A stretch of 64,000 bases of DNA from positions 1 through 64,000 of IMG/VR virus record IMGVR_UViG_3300009540_000001. One strand, 5' to 3'. Under the pieces are notes generated by a model. It saw only the letters and a program-made list of their open reading frames with translations, did not search any database and was not told the origin of the DNA. The number at the start of each line of letters is the position of its first letter. The first letter of the stretch is position 1. This document shows, one piece after another, positions 45,801 to 56,400 of the stretch. This DNA is from a virus (taxonomy: Duplodnaviria > Caudoviricetes). The position numbers and the translations under genes are program-made.

Positions 45801-46484
45801 ATGAACTCTCTGTCGGAAATGCTGGGCGACGCGGACCTCGAACTCTCCGTCGCCTGGACCGCCGCGCAGCTCTTGCTCGGCCCCACGCTCCCTGCGTGGG
45901 AGGTCGAGACGATCAAGATCGAGCTCGAGCGTCGGAAGATCCCGACGACCGACCGCTTGATGGCGAAGCTGCTCGCGGCGCAAACGGCGACCGAGACGCG
46001 GGAGTGGGCGACGGACCACGACGTGTTCTTCGCGTTCGCCCTGGCGTGCGACGGGATCGGGGCGAACCCCGAGGCGATCCACCACCCGACGCCGGAGCAG
46101 CTCGCTTGGGCTGTGAAAGAGCTGGAAGCTCTTACAGGCCAACGCATTACCGACGACCACGGCTTCGACCCCGACACCGTCGACCCGGCGGTCGCCGTGG
46201 TCCTCTTGGACGAGGGCCTGTGCGTCTCCCCGATCGAGCTGCACTTCGCGCAAGACGTCCTCGAGAAGATCACGCGGGGCCCCGATACGCTCGCGGCGAA
46301 GGCCTACGCTGCGTTTGCGAAGCTCAAGGACTACCCCGACGAGACTTTACGCCGTACACTCGCTTCAGACCCCACGAGCGACGTCGACGTCCAGGTCCAC
46401 CGACTGATCGAGTGCCAGCTGTACGTCGAGGAGCGCGTCGTGCGGCGAGCACGACAACATGCGGTCCTCAACAGCTTCGTCTGA
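45801..46484 (+). CDS. hypothetical protein
   Basis: ORF directly upstream of the terminase. Confidence 0.65.
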   Translation: MNSLSEMLGDADLELSVAWTAAQLLLGPTLPAWEVETIKIELERRKIPTTDRLMAKLLAAQTATETREWATDHDVFFAFALACDGIGANPEAIHHPTPEQLAWAVKELEALTGQRITDDHGFDPDTVDPAVAVVLLDEGLCVSPIELHFAQDVLEKITRGPDTLAAKAYAAFAKLKDYPDETLRRTLASDPTSDVDVQVHRLIECQLYVEERVVRRARQHAVLNSFV

Positions 46485-48636
46485 CGAAGTCATAGCGTCC
46501 CTCACCCGCTCCGGCTACGCCGAGCGCCTGCTGCACTGGGAAGGTCGTCCCTTCGGGTTGAACGACTACCCGATGTTTCGGGCGATCTACGACGCCTCCC
46601 CGAAGCGTCTGCTCCTGAAGACCTGTCGACAGGTCGGCAAGAGCATGACGCTCGCGTCGTTCTCCTTGTCGGAGAGCGTGGCCATCCCGCACTTCAAGAC
46701 GTTCTTCATCGCTCCGACGAAGGAGCAGACGCAGACGTTCTCGACGGCGAGGATCGGGAAGTTCATCGCGTTCTCCCCGCTGATCCGCGACATCTTCATC
46801 AGCCCCTCGGCGCCGAACCGCGTCTTGGCTAGGCATTTCGCACACGGTTCGCAGATCGTCTTCAGTTACGCGTCCGACGACGCAGATCGCTGCCGTGGGC
46901 AGTCGTGTGATCGGTTGTGCTTCGATGATAAAGCAGAAGTACTGACACGTACGGGGTGGGTCAGTGTAAAAGAGCTTGGACTAGATGACGAAGTCGCCGA
47001 CGTCAACGATCGGGGCGTCATAGAGTGGTCGCGGCCGACGGAGGTCTTTCACAAGCGGCACACGGGAGGAATGGTTCGGTTCTCACACACGGGCATCGAC
47101 TTACGCGTTACGGAAGACCACTGGATGTGGGCGCAGCCCCTCAAAGAGTATGAGACATTTCTTTTCGTACGCGCTAAGCAACTCGTAGAGCGCGATTTCA
47201 ACTTCATCCAGGTTCACGAGGACTTCGCCCAAGAAGTCATCTCATTCAACGCGCGGCATGTGTCGCAAGAACAAGTGCGCGACGAGGCCGTACACTGTTT
47301 TACAGTGGCGAACCATCGCCCGGTGATGCGCGGGGGCCCAGGACAAAAGGCCATCATCACGTCGCAGTGTATCGACGAGGTGCAAGACATGCTCCTCGAC
47401 GTCGTCCGCCCCGTCGTCGTCGAGTGCCTGCGCGCTTCGAAGTACTCCTACGAGACCTACTGCGGAACCCCCAAGACGTTCGAGAACGGCATCGAGGCGA
47501 TGTGGGCCGGCTCTTCGCAATGCGAGTGGGTCATCAAGTGCCCGAGCTGCGGCAAGTCCTCGATCCTGCTCTCCGAGAAGCAGTGCGGGCGCTACGGCCC
47601 CGTGTGCCTCGGGTGTCAGGCCTACCTGAACCCGCGTCTCGGGAACTGGGTGGACATGAACCGTCGCCCGCCCGACTCCGACGGCATCGTCACGCAGACC
47701 AAGGGCTTTCACATCTCGCGGCTCATGATGCCGCAGAACGTCCCCGCCGCGTGGCCCAAGGGCTCTACGGAGTGGACGAACGCGCTGATCAAGTGGCGTG
47801 AGGTGCTCTCCGCGCTCGACGGCCCTGACGCCTACCCAATCGCGACGTTTCGCAACGAGGTGCTCGGGGTCTCTGACTCGCAGGGGCGCCGTCTCGTGAC
47901 GCAGAACATGCTGCTCGAGGCCTGCGACGGGCCCCCCATCTGCCCGAAGCCCACGCGCGAGAACGTGAAGGGCGTCACGAAGATCGCGGCCGGCATCGAC
48001 TGGTCAGGCGGCGGCACGGCGATCACCGGCAGCGATGGCGCCGTCTCGATCAAGTCCCGCACGGTGCTGACGATCATCGGGAAGATGGGCATCGGCCGCA
48101 CGCGCCTGCTCTACTACAAGATGTTCCCAGGCACCTCACCCGTCGAAGAGTTCGAGGAGATGGCGGAAGCCTTGAGGTACTACGACGAGTGCACGCATTA
48201 CCAGATGTTCATCGGCGCTGACGCGGGCGAAGGGAACATGGGGACGGACCTTCTGCGACACCGGCTTCAGAACCCGATCCGGGTCGTGAAGTTTCGGTAC
48301 TCGGGTACGTCGGCCGGCTACATCTCGTGGAACAAGAAGGGGAAGTTTTACACGGTAAACCGTACGCAGGCGATCGACTCGCTGATGACGGCGCTGATCC
48401 GCAAAGAGTTCCAGTTCCCGAAGGAGCCGGACACGATCATGGCCGTGCCCTTCAAGGACATCCTCGCGGAGTACGAAGAGATCATCGGCGAGACCGGCAT
48501 CGGGCGGAAGGTCTGGCGTCACGCGCCGACGCAGCCCGACGACTTCCTGCACGCGCTGAACTTCGCGCGAATCGCCCTGCAAATTGCCAACAAAGAAGTG
48601 GATCTGACGGCGAGCATCGAGTCGGACGACGACTGA
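46459..48636 (+). CDS. terL: terminase large subunit (lambda gpA-like), intein-containing
   Basis: KTCRQVGKS (Walker A), DRL|CIDEVQD (Walker B), GTPK, CPSCG..CLGC, GFHISRL, AGIDW, PDDFLHA. Confidence 0.88.
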   Translation: MRSSTASSDEVIASLTRSGYAERLLHWEGRPFGLNDYPMFRAIYDASPKRLLLKTCRQVGKSMTLASFSLSESVAIPHFKTFFIAPTKEQTQTFSTARIGKFIAFSPLIRDIFISPSAPNRVLARHFAHGSQIVFSYASDDADRCRGQSCDRLCFDDKAEVLTRTGWVSVKELGLDDEVADVNDRGVIEWSRPTEVFHKRHTGGMVRFSHTGIDLRVTEDHWMWAQPLKEYETFLFVRAKQLVERDFNFIQVHEDFAQEVISFNARHVSQEQVRDEAVHCFTVANHRPVMRGGPGQKAIITSQCIDEVQDMLLDVVRPVVVECLRASKYSYETYCGTPKTFENGIEAMWAGSSQCEWVIKCPSCGKSSILLSEKQCGRYGPVCLGCQAYLNPRLGNWVDMNRRPPDSDGIVTQTKGFHISRLMMPQNVPAAWPKGSTEWTNALIKWREVLSALDGPDAYPIATFRNEVLGVSDSQGRRLVTQNMLLEACDGPPICPKPTRENVKGVTKIAAGIDWSGGGTAITGSDGAVSIKSRTVLTIIGKMGIGRTRLLYYKMFPGTSPVEEFEEMAEALRYYDECTHYQMFIGADAGEGNMGTDLLRHRLQNPIRVVKFRYSGTSAGYISWNKKGKFYTVNRTQAIDSLMTALIRKEFQFPKEPDTIMAVPFKDILAEYEEIIGETGIGRKVWRHAPTQPDDFLHALNFARIALQIANKEVDLTASIESDDD
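46918..47367 (+). mobile_element. mini-intein (150 aa) ending in Gln
   Basis: CFDDKAEVLTRTGW, LRVTEDH (block B), VHCFTV (block F), ITSQ followed by C. Confidence 0.88.
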
Positions 48637-48642
48637 CTCGGG

Positions 48643-48684
48643 GCTAAAGAAAACGGGGCGGTGTGTCTCTCGACACACCGCCCG
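48643..48684 (-). terminator. terminator between convergent genes
   Basis: gggcggtgtgtc/gacacaccgccc stem followed by TTTTCTTTAGC on the minus strand. Confidence 0.75.
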
Positions 48685-48691
48685 GGTGGGA

Positions 48692-49330
48692 CTACCGACC
48701 CTCTTGTGCGCCGCTATTCGGCGCGGGCACCAGCTTCCGCAGCGCGCGCCGCGTGATCCGGTACCCCGCCAGCACGTCGCCAGCGGCCCGGTGCGTCGGA
48801 ATCGCCTCGTAGCCCTCGTACTTCACCAGCGCGGCGTACACGTCGCTCAGGCCCCACTTGGTGAGCCCGTACTGGAGGGCGATGGCGATCGAGTAGCTCT
48901 GGATGTCACAGAACCGCCGGGCCCAGGGCTCGGCGTTCACGATGCCGTGGTACTTGAACTCCGCCATGGCGAAGCCCTTGTCGAAGGGGACGTTCTGCGT
49001 CGCGAGCGACGCGTAACGGCACACCTCCCAGATCTGACGCCACACAGCGGCGGCGTCGGCGCTGTCCATCTCGGGGGCGTCTGCCCACGACGCGACGTTG
49101 GCCTTGTAGCCGTTGATGGCGAGGGCCTCCTCCTGGGCGTCTATCAGGCAGGACTCGTTGGGCTTGATCTTGAACGACTGGATCACCGGCGTGTCCGCCC
49201 ACAGGTGCGGGTTCGTCGCGAGGTCGATACGCGCCGCCGCGATCTCGATCACGCGGTGCTTGTGGGGCTCGAGGCCCGTGGTCTCGACGTCGATGAACGC
49301 GAGGTCGGGCAGCTTAGAGATGTTTGCCAT
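48692..49330 (-). CDS. DnaQ-like DEDDh 3'-5' exonuclease
   Basis: FIDVETTGL, QNVPFD, HRAAGDV. Confidence 0.9.
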   Translation of the reverse strand: MANISKLPDLAFIDVETTGLEPHKHRVIEIAAARIDLATNPHLWADTPVIQSFKIKPNESCLIDAQEEALAINGYKANVASWADAPEMDSADAAAVWRQIWEVCRYASLATQNVPFDKGFAMAEFKYHGIVNAEPWARRFCDIQSYSIAIALQYGLTKWGLSDVYAALVKYEGYEAIPTHRAAGDVLAGYRITRRALRKLVPAPNSGAQEGR

Positions 49331-49371
49331 GTCTGTATCTTACCCCAAGCTGCCCGACGGTGTCTAGGAGC

Positions 49372-49935
49372 CTATGCCTCGGGCTTTAGGCACAGTGCGC
49401 GCACGTACAGCTGATTCGGGTAGACGACGCGGAACGTAGACGCCCGCATCGGGTCTGGCGGCGTAAGATGCGGCGTGGGATGTGCGTTGTAAGTCCCGGG
49501 GGCCAAAGTCCAAACCGTGTCGAACTTCAGCGCATCCCGACCGACCGTGAGGGTGATCCGGCGCGTACGCGGTAAAGTCTCCACACTCCGCATCACGCAG
49601 GGGTAATAACCACCCCAAAAGTCCCGCTCGTCTTGGATGAAAAACACGGTTTCCGTCGCCAGTAAGGCCCCGACCTCAAGCGCGGGGGCGATTCCTTCGT
49701 CCATGGCTTCGCTCTGGAACACGCCTAAAGACTCGTCCGGCCGTCGGTGGTTCGTCTCGATCCACGGGATTTCGAGAAGCAGACGGCGTAGGTCTTTTGG
49801 CGTGCGACGCGGATAGTAACCGCCAGCGTTGTTAGGCGTCGCGAGTCGCTTCAACAGCAAGTCCAAGTAGTCCTTACGCGTGAGCGAGACAGCGTCTCGA
49901 ACTACCTGCGAGGGGCTACTTCTTCGTTCCATCAT
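49372..49935 (-). CDS. hypothetical protein
   Basis: ORF coupled to the polymerase stop; lower GC. Confidence 0.55.
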   Translation of the reverse strand: MMERRSSPSQVVRDAVSLTRKDYLDLLLKRLATPNNAGGYYPRRTPKDLRRLLLEIPWIETNHRRPDESLGVFQSEAMDEGIAPALEVGALLATETVFFIQDERDFWGGYYPCVMRSVETLPRTRRITLTVGRDALKFDTVWTLAPGTYNAHPTPHLTPPDPMRASTFRVVYPNQLYVRALCLKPEA

Positions 49936-52900
49936 GGGGTGGTTCCTTTCGTCTTCTCCGGCATGTCGTGGCTATCCGGGTCTCGGAGGGCGTCGAACAC
50001 CTCCTCCTCCGTGAATCCCTCGAGCTCTGCGCGCGGCTCCGGCGGCGGCAGCCCCTGGCAGAACTTCTCTGCGCCGACGACGGAGCCGTAGCTCTCGCCG
50101 AGCTCGACGTCCCAGCGATACGGCGCTTTCAGCCAGGGATTTTCCTTGGCGACCTCCTTCGTGCCGACCTGTTGGAACAGGTCCACCATCTCGTGCGCGT
50201 ACCTACGCGGCACCTGGAAGCCGATCGAGTCGTGGACCGTCAAGAGCAGGCGGCCCTTGTAGTCGTGTTCGAGGATGCGCGCGATCTTGTACAAGACGCG
50301 CAGCACGATCGTCGAACTGGTCTCTTGGATCATGAAGTTCACGGCCTGTCGCTCAGACCGAGACTTCAAGGACTTCGGAGCGTACTTGCCGAGGCTGAAG
50401 CGCCGGCGACGTCCCGTGTAGCTCTCGACGAGCCCGAACATGCCCATCTCCCACGTCGTGTGCTCGACGAAGGTCGGGATGGTCGGGAACTCCGAGAAGA
50501 GCAGCTTCTGAATCTGCTCGGCGAGCTCGAGGTTGATGCCCGCGATGTCCGCGATCTTCTTGATGCCGGCGCCGTAAAGGATGCCGAACACCAGGCGTTT
50601 GATGTTGTCGCGTAGGGCCTTGAGCCGCTTGCCGTACGCTTTGTCTGCGAGCTTGTCGTCCTTGCCGAGGTAGAAATCCTCGTACGACCACGCGTGGTCG
50701 TCGTCGATCCCGGCTTTCGCGAGGGCGAGCTTGCGGTCGACCCCGGTGAGCCCGGCGGCGACGAGGTCAGGGTTCAGGCACCGCGAGGCGAAGAAGCAGT
50801 GCGCGTCGAGCCCCTCGATGAGCGCGGCGTTCAGCGCGTCGTCTCCCGAGTACCCGGCGAACACCGTGACCTCAGCGCCCTTGGCGTCCGCGTTGCCGAA
50901 GCACATGGACGGGTCATCGGGGATGAAGAGGTTCTTGCACTTCACGCCCTCGAAGACGATGTCGCCCGCGCTGTTTCGAATCAGCTCGCCGTAGGAGTTC
51001 TTCAACGCCCCGATCAGCCCCTTGGGGATGTTCTGGTTGTTGAAGCCGATCCCGCGAATGCCGCTCGAGCTCGAGAGGCGGCTCGTGGAGGTCCCGGTGA
51101 TGTTGTACCCGGGGTGCAACCGGCCATCGCCCCACATAGTGGAGAGCTTGCCGATATTGACGAAGAAGCTGTTGAGGGCCTTGTCGGCCTTCTTCAGCGA
51201 CATGAGCAAGTTCGCGAGCGGGCACTTGTACCGCTGCACGAGGTGCTTCAAGACGTCCGAGCCCGTCTGCACCGCGCCCTTCGCCGTGTAGTGCCCCGGG
51301 CGGTAGAACATGCGCCCGCCCCGGTAGAACACGGTCTTCGGGTTCTCCTCGGCGATCTGCGCTGCGAGTTCCGGGTCGGGGTGCTTGTACCCGTCTTCGA
51401 AGAGGTAGCTCACGAGCTTGCGCCCGCTGTTCACGTTGAACGACTCTCCGCACAGCTCGTAGACCTTTTGGGTCGTCGTGCCGACGGTGGTCTCGAGCGC
51501 TCGCGCGCCCCACTCTCGGTACTTCTGGTCGATCGTGATGCCCTGGTACTCGATCTTCGCCAGCTCCGTCTGGAGCTTTACGCCGTGCTCTTGCACGAGG
51601 TACTTCAGCGGGTTCGGGTTCGGGCACAGGACTTCGACGCGGCGCCCGGCGATCTCGCTGCCCGGAATGGCCGTGGCGATCTCCTTGCGGATCTGCTCCC
51701 TCCAGAGGTTGATCCGGTCGTTCTCCTCCGCCATGCGGATCGCTTGGCGAACCGCCGCGCGGCGGGTGACGTCGGCGTCCACAGCTGCGTAGAAGTACAT
51801 CTCGCTGAGCGAGACGTTCTCGAAGCCGCCCTTGATCTCCTGCTCGCGCTTGGCTTCCTTCTCGGCCTTGCCCGAGAACTCGCCGGACTTCTTCGCGTGC
51901 GCGAGCACACGGAGGTCAGCCCAGTCCGACGCCTTCTCGGGGTCCGCCGCCAGCTTCGCGATCTTCTTCTCGAGCGCCGCGAGTTGAAAGCTCGCGTTCT
52001 TGACGTACTTCCCTTTGACCGCGCGCTCGAGCGCCTCCGCTACCGCCGGGGGCAGCTTCATGACCTTTCCGACCTTGACCTCTACGGTCGTGAGGCCGGT
52101 CGTGTCCTGTTTCTCGAGCTCATCGTGCAGCCGATCCTCGTAGCCCGAGAGTTCCGGGAAGTCTTGCTTGGTCATGTACTTGAGGCTGTACAGACCCTTC
52201 TTGTCCTCCTCGAGCGTGTGTTCGGCGAGGTAGACGTCCCAGGCGATCTTGCCGACATCGCCGAGCGGCCACCCCTTCTTCCAGAACACCTTGAAGTCGT
52301 ACTTCGCGTTGAACCAGATGATCGGCTTGCCGCTTCGCAGCAACCAGCAGACCTCTTCGTACGCGGCCTGCGGGTCGTACGGCGTCTCCTTGTGCCACAA
52401 CGGAATCGTCGTGGCTTGCCCCTCGTCCCACGCGAACGACACCGCGACGAGCTGGAGCCCGTCCCAGTGCGGGTGCAGCGTGTTCGTCTCGGTGTCGCAG
52501 GTGATCTTCCAGTCCAGGTGCGACACCCCGGGCCGCGTGTACTCGTAGATGCGGCGCACGACAGCGCGCACTTCTTCGATCGTCTTCGGGTAGATGTAGT
52601 TCTTCTCGACCTCCGTGCGCGGCATCCGAAGGACTTCGGAGTTCGTCGCCAGGCGCATGGCGCGCTCGACGTCGGCGAGCAGGGAGGAGTACTTGCCGAC
52701 GGCGGCCCCGATCGCCTTGATCGACCGGGTGAAGATCACCGTGAGGATCGCGTCGCCGAACTGCACGTTCTGGTACACGCGCCCGAGCGCCTCCTTCTCC
52801 CCCTTCACCGGGATGCCGAGGGAGTGAAGCGCGTGGACGCCGCAGGCCAGCACCGTGAGCGTGGACTCAGGGTTGGTCGCCCTGCGCGTCGCCGCGATCC

Positions 52901-53324
52901 GGTTGAGCTCGACCTTCAAGGGGGTCGAGCACGCCGTGATCACAGCCTTGCTCGGAGAGTCGACGGCGCACTTTACGCCGTACACGTACCGGGTCGTGAG
53001 GAACTTGAACGCCGCGTTGCGCTTCTGTACCTCTTGAACCGCGTTCTTCAGGACCTTGCCGCCGTCCTCCTTGAACGAGTAGTGCTGCGTGTCGAACCCC
53101 GGAGTGGCCTTCCCTCCGACGAGGAAGACGCGGGGCGCCGTGGGGACGTCGCCCACGATGACGAGGTCAGCGGTGTTCGAGCCTTCGCCAGAGGGGAAGT
53201 AGTGCGAGCCTCGGTAGGCGGGGCACGCTTCGCAGGCGGGTCCGGCCTTGAGTGCGTTCTCGGGTTTCTCGCAGATTGCGCACTGGAACGCCGGCGGCGG
53301 TTGAGGCAGGGAGAGAGACGCCAT
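49932..53324 (-). CDS. polA: family A DNA polymerase with N-terminal UDG-like domain and 3'-5' exonuclease
   Basis: CDTET, FNAKYD, YAAVD; TSTSRLSSS, NNQNIP, DAKGAE, KRLVFGILYG, TVHDS. Confidence 0.9.
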   Translation of the reverse strand: MASLSLPQPPPAFQCAICEKPENALKAGPACEACPAYRGSHYFPSGEGSNTADLVIVGDVPTAPRVFLVGGKATPGFDTQHYSFKEDGGKVLKNAVQEVQKRNAAFKFLTTRYVYGVKCAVDSPSKAVITACSTPLKVELNRIAATRRATNPESTLTVLACGVHALHSLGIPVKGEKEALGRVYQNVQFGDAILTVIFTRSIKAIGAAVGKYSSLLADVERAMRLATNSEVLRMPRTEVEKNYIYPKTIEEVRAVVRRIYEYTRPGVSHLDWKITCDTETNTLHPHWDGLQLVAVSFAWDEGQATTIPLWHKETPYDPQAAYEEVCWLLRSGKPIIWFNAKYDFKVFWKKGWPLGDVGKIAWDVYLAEHTLEEDKKGLYSLKYMTKQDFPELSGYEDRLHDELEKQDTTGLTTVEVKVGKVMKLPPAVAEALERAVKGKYVKNASFQLAALEKKIAKLAADPEKASDWADLRVLAHAKKSGEFSGKAEKEAKREQEIKGGFENVSLSEMYFYAAVDADVTRRAAVRQAIRMAEENDRINLWREQIRKEIATAIPGSEIAGRRVEVLCPNPNPLKYLVQEHGVKLQTELAKIEYQGITIDQKYREWGARALETTVGTTTQKVYELCGESFNVNSGRKLVSYLFEDGYKHPDPELAAQIAEENPKTVFYRGGRMFYRPGHYTAKGAVQTGSDVLKHLVQRYKCPLANLLMSLKKADKALNSFFVNIGKLSTMWGDGRLHPGYNITGTSTSRLSSSSGIRGIGFNNQNIPKGLIGALKNSYGELIRNSAGDIVFEGVKCKNLFIPDDPSMCFGNADAKGAEVTVFAGYSGDDALNAALIEGLDAHCFFASRCLNPDLVAAGLTGVDRKLALAKAGIDDDHAWSYEDFYLGKDDKLADKAYGKRLKALRDNIKRLVFGILYGAGIKKIADIAGINLELAEQIQKLLFSEFPTIPTFVEHTTWEMGMFGLVESYTGRRRRFSLGKYAPKSLKSRSERQAVNFMIQETSSTIVLRVLYKIARILEHDYKGRLLLTVHDSIGFQVPRRYAHEMVDLFQQVGTKEVAKENPWLKAPYRWDVELGESYGSVVGAEKFCQGLPPPEPRAELEGFTEEEVFDALRDPDSHDMPEKTKGTTP

Positions 53325-53401
53325 GGGGACCTCGTGCGGCGTCGTCTGACGCCGCGAGTGGTGGGTGGGTATGGGGCATGTGTTCTGCGTGTTATTGGTT
53401 G

Positions 53402-56400
53402 TTAGAAGTTGTTGATGCTTCGCAGACCGGGCGGCCCATCCCCACGCGCGGGCCGCTCATGCTCTACGGGCCGCGCGACGGCGTGCTCGCGGAGGTCGAT
53501 GACGATGTCGTTCATGGTCAGCACCGAGATGTCCGTGCCGCCGCTGTGGATCGAGTAGCCGCGCAGCCAGTCGGTGACTGCCTTTACGTCGTACTGATGC
53601 TCGCGCAGCGCCGCGTGATGCTGATCAAGCTGGTACTTCAACAGCTGCGGGGACGCCTTGTTGAACGCCTCCGACCTGTGAAGGATGCCGTTCGGCGACA
53701 GCAGCGTGATCCAGTCGAAGACCATGTACCCGGTCTCCTCCTGGTAGAACACGCCGCAGAGCGACCCGTTCAGCGCAACCGCGCGCCCGTCCTTTGAGCC
53801 GAGTAGCGCCGCGACCGAGCTCACGCCCGAAGCCCCGACGCGCACGTTGTTCGTGCGGAAGATGGTGTCGAACAGCTGGTTCGCGAGCGTGTTCTTCGCG
53901 TTCGCCTGCAAGCGCGCCTTGCGGGACTCCGCGCACTTGTGCACGAAGGCTCGCCAGTCGCGACCGAGCATCGCCATCACGGCGCCGATCGCGTAGAAGT
54001 TGCGGAGGAACCGCGTGTCGACCGCGTACGAGAACGTCATCGAGGCGGAGGACAACTCCTTCTCGACGATGGCGTAGTGATCCATGTACTCCCGTTGGAA
54101 GCGGAAGGACCCGATGGCGAAGAGGCGCTTGATGCGGCGCATCTTCTCCTCCGGGATGGACTGATGGATGACCGACGCCGGGTCCTTCTTCCCCTCAACC
54201 TTCACGGTCTCGATCGTGTAGCGGCGCGACGCATCCTGCGCGTCGTGCGCGGGGAAGATCGACGACGTCGCGACGTTCGTGCGCACGCGCATCGTGCGCG
54301 TCTGCCCGTCCTGATCGCCGCGCGTGACGACCGCGCCGCCTGGGAAGATGACTTGCCGGAGCAGCTCGTTGACGTTCTGCACCTGCATGGTCTTCATGGT
54401 GTTCATCGCGAGATCGCGCGTGTGCTCGTCCAGGCACATCGCGACGGTCGAAGCGTTGAACCCCTGGTAGATGGACGCCGGGGAGTAGTTCAGCAACCCC
54501 TTCGCCCACGCGCACAGCTGGAGCTGCGGGTACTGCCCGCCGCAGTACAAGCTGAGCAGCGTCGACTTGCCCGACGACATCTGCCCGACGATCTCGATGT
54601 GCGTCGTCGAGGGGCAGTAGTGCGGCGAGCTGTACGTGAACAACGAGTACGCGACGTACTGCGCGTCGAGCTCCGTCGTGAGCGTAGACCAGCCGTCGCG
54701 CACGGCGACTTCGACGTCGTCGATCGCGCGGCCGAGCTCCTCGAGCGTGACCTCGTTGCCGTCCTTCAGATCCGCGACCGACTGAATCTCCGCGCAGAGC
54801 GCGGTCGAGTCCCGGCTGAAGATGTACTTGCCGTCCGAAGGCCCGTCGAGCTTGTGCCACTCGACGTGCCGCGCCCCGTCCGTCGCGAACGTCCCCTTGT
54901 ATACGTGCGGGCCGTTCACGACGTAGAAGAACTGCCCGAAGGCGACGTTCGGGTCGTCGATCAGGTGCGTGCCCTGCCCGAGGAAAGTGCACTCGCTCTT
55001 CGAAGGCACGCCCAGGTAGACCGACTGGAGCGCGATCTTCGCGTACATCGAGAGCACCTTTTGGAGCTCTCGGATGGGTTGACCCACGGGGGTCTGCGTC
55101 TGCGGCAGGAGCCACGCGGGGAGCCCGACGTTGTTGGCGACGAACTCGTGGACGTCGCCGACGACGTTCGACAGCGAGGTGAGAATGCCTTCGCCGTCTG
55201 ACATGCCGAACATGATGGTCCGGTCCGTCGCGCGGTGATGCAGGAAGAGCAAGCCTCCCCGCATCGTGTCCTCCTTGTAGAGGATGTGGAACTCGCGCTT
55301 GTAGAGGTCCACGAAGCGCGAGATGAACCCCGCCTCGTCGTCTTTACTGCGTACGATGAGGCCGCGCACGACGCTGGGGGTCACCCCCAACGCCGCACAG
55401 ATCTTGTCGATGTACTGCGACAGCTGCGCCGCGTCGCGCACGCACTCGCCGAACTTCACGGCGACTGCGGTCTTCTCCCGAGCCTCGTCGGGCGCGATGC
55501 CCGAGGACGCCTCGAGCGCGCGATCCAATGCCCACGCGTCGACCGGGACGAACGTGCGCGAAGCCTCGTCGATCACGAGGCGCTTGAACTGGTCGAAGCC
55601 TCCGAGCTGGATCACGTCGTCCGGGTCCTTGGGAGACCCGGGCGTCAAGCGATCGAGCTCAGCCCAGCCCATGAAGACCCGAGGCGAAATCTCCTGCGCC
55701 GTGAGCAAGCGCCCGCGCAGCCAGACGTCGCCTTTGCCGCGTGTCTCGCTCGGATGATCCGAGAGGATGTTCACCGAGTCGAACCCGGCGGTGCAGAGCT
55801 CGTCCAGCTCGTTGAAGGCGCCGTTCGAGCCGACGAACAGGTGGTTCGTCATCCCCCGGTCGAAGAGGCGTTCCTGGGCCGAGATGGTGTCGTTCTCGCC
55901 CTCCACGAGGTACAGGCGGATCGCCTGCCCCTCAGACGGCGTGAGGCCCCCCAGATGGGGGGCGTAGAGCCCGAAGTACCCCAGCGGTTCCTCCTCCGTG
56001 TAGCCGGGGAGCGTGAGGTAGTTGCCGTCCTTCTCGTCGTCGACGTCGGGGCGGCGAAGGCGAATGCGCGCGGGCGTGCGCATCGTGTGCCCGTTGAAGT
56101 AGGCGACGGTGTTCGTCCACTCCAGACCCACGGGCTCGAGAATGACCTTGGCCCGCGCCAGCACCTTCTCGCGGCGCTCCGGGGAGAGGTGCGTCAACTG
56201 GTAGCGGCGGTAGTCAGCGTCGGAGATCGCAACCAGGCGCTCCATGACGTACCGCTCGACGATGTGTCGGGGCGGGACGATTCCGTACGGCAGCTGCCCC
56301 ATGTACTCAGGCTTGTGCCCGCGTTGACGGAACAACCACTCGAGCACCGGGCCCGCCGCGTGCCGTGTGATCTCGTCGTAGTCCTTCGCGTCCTCTCCGT

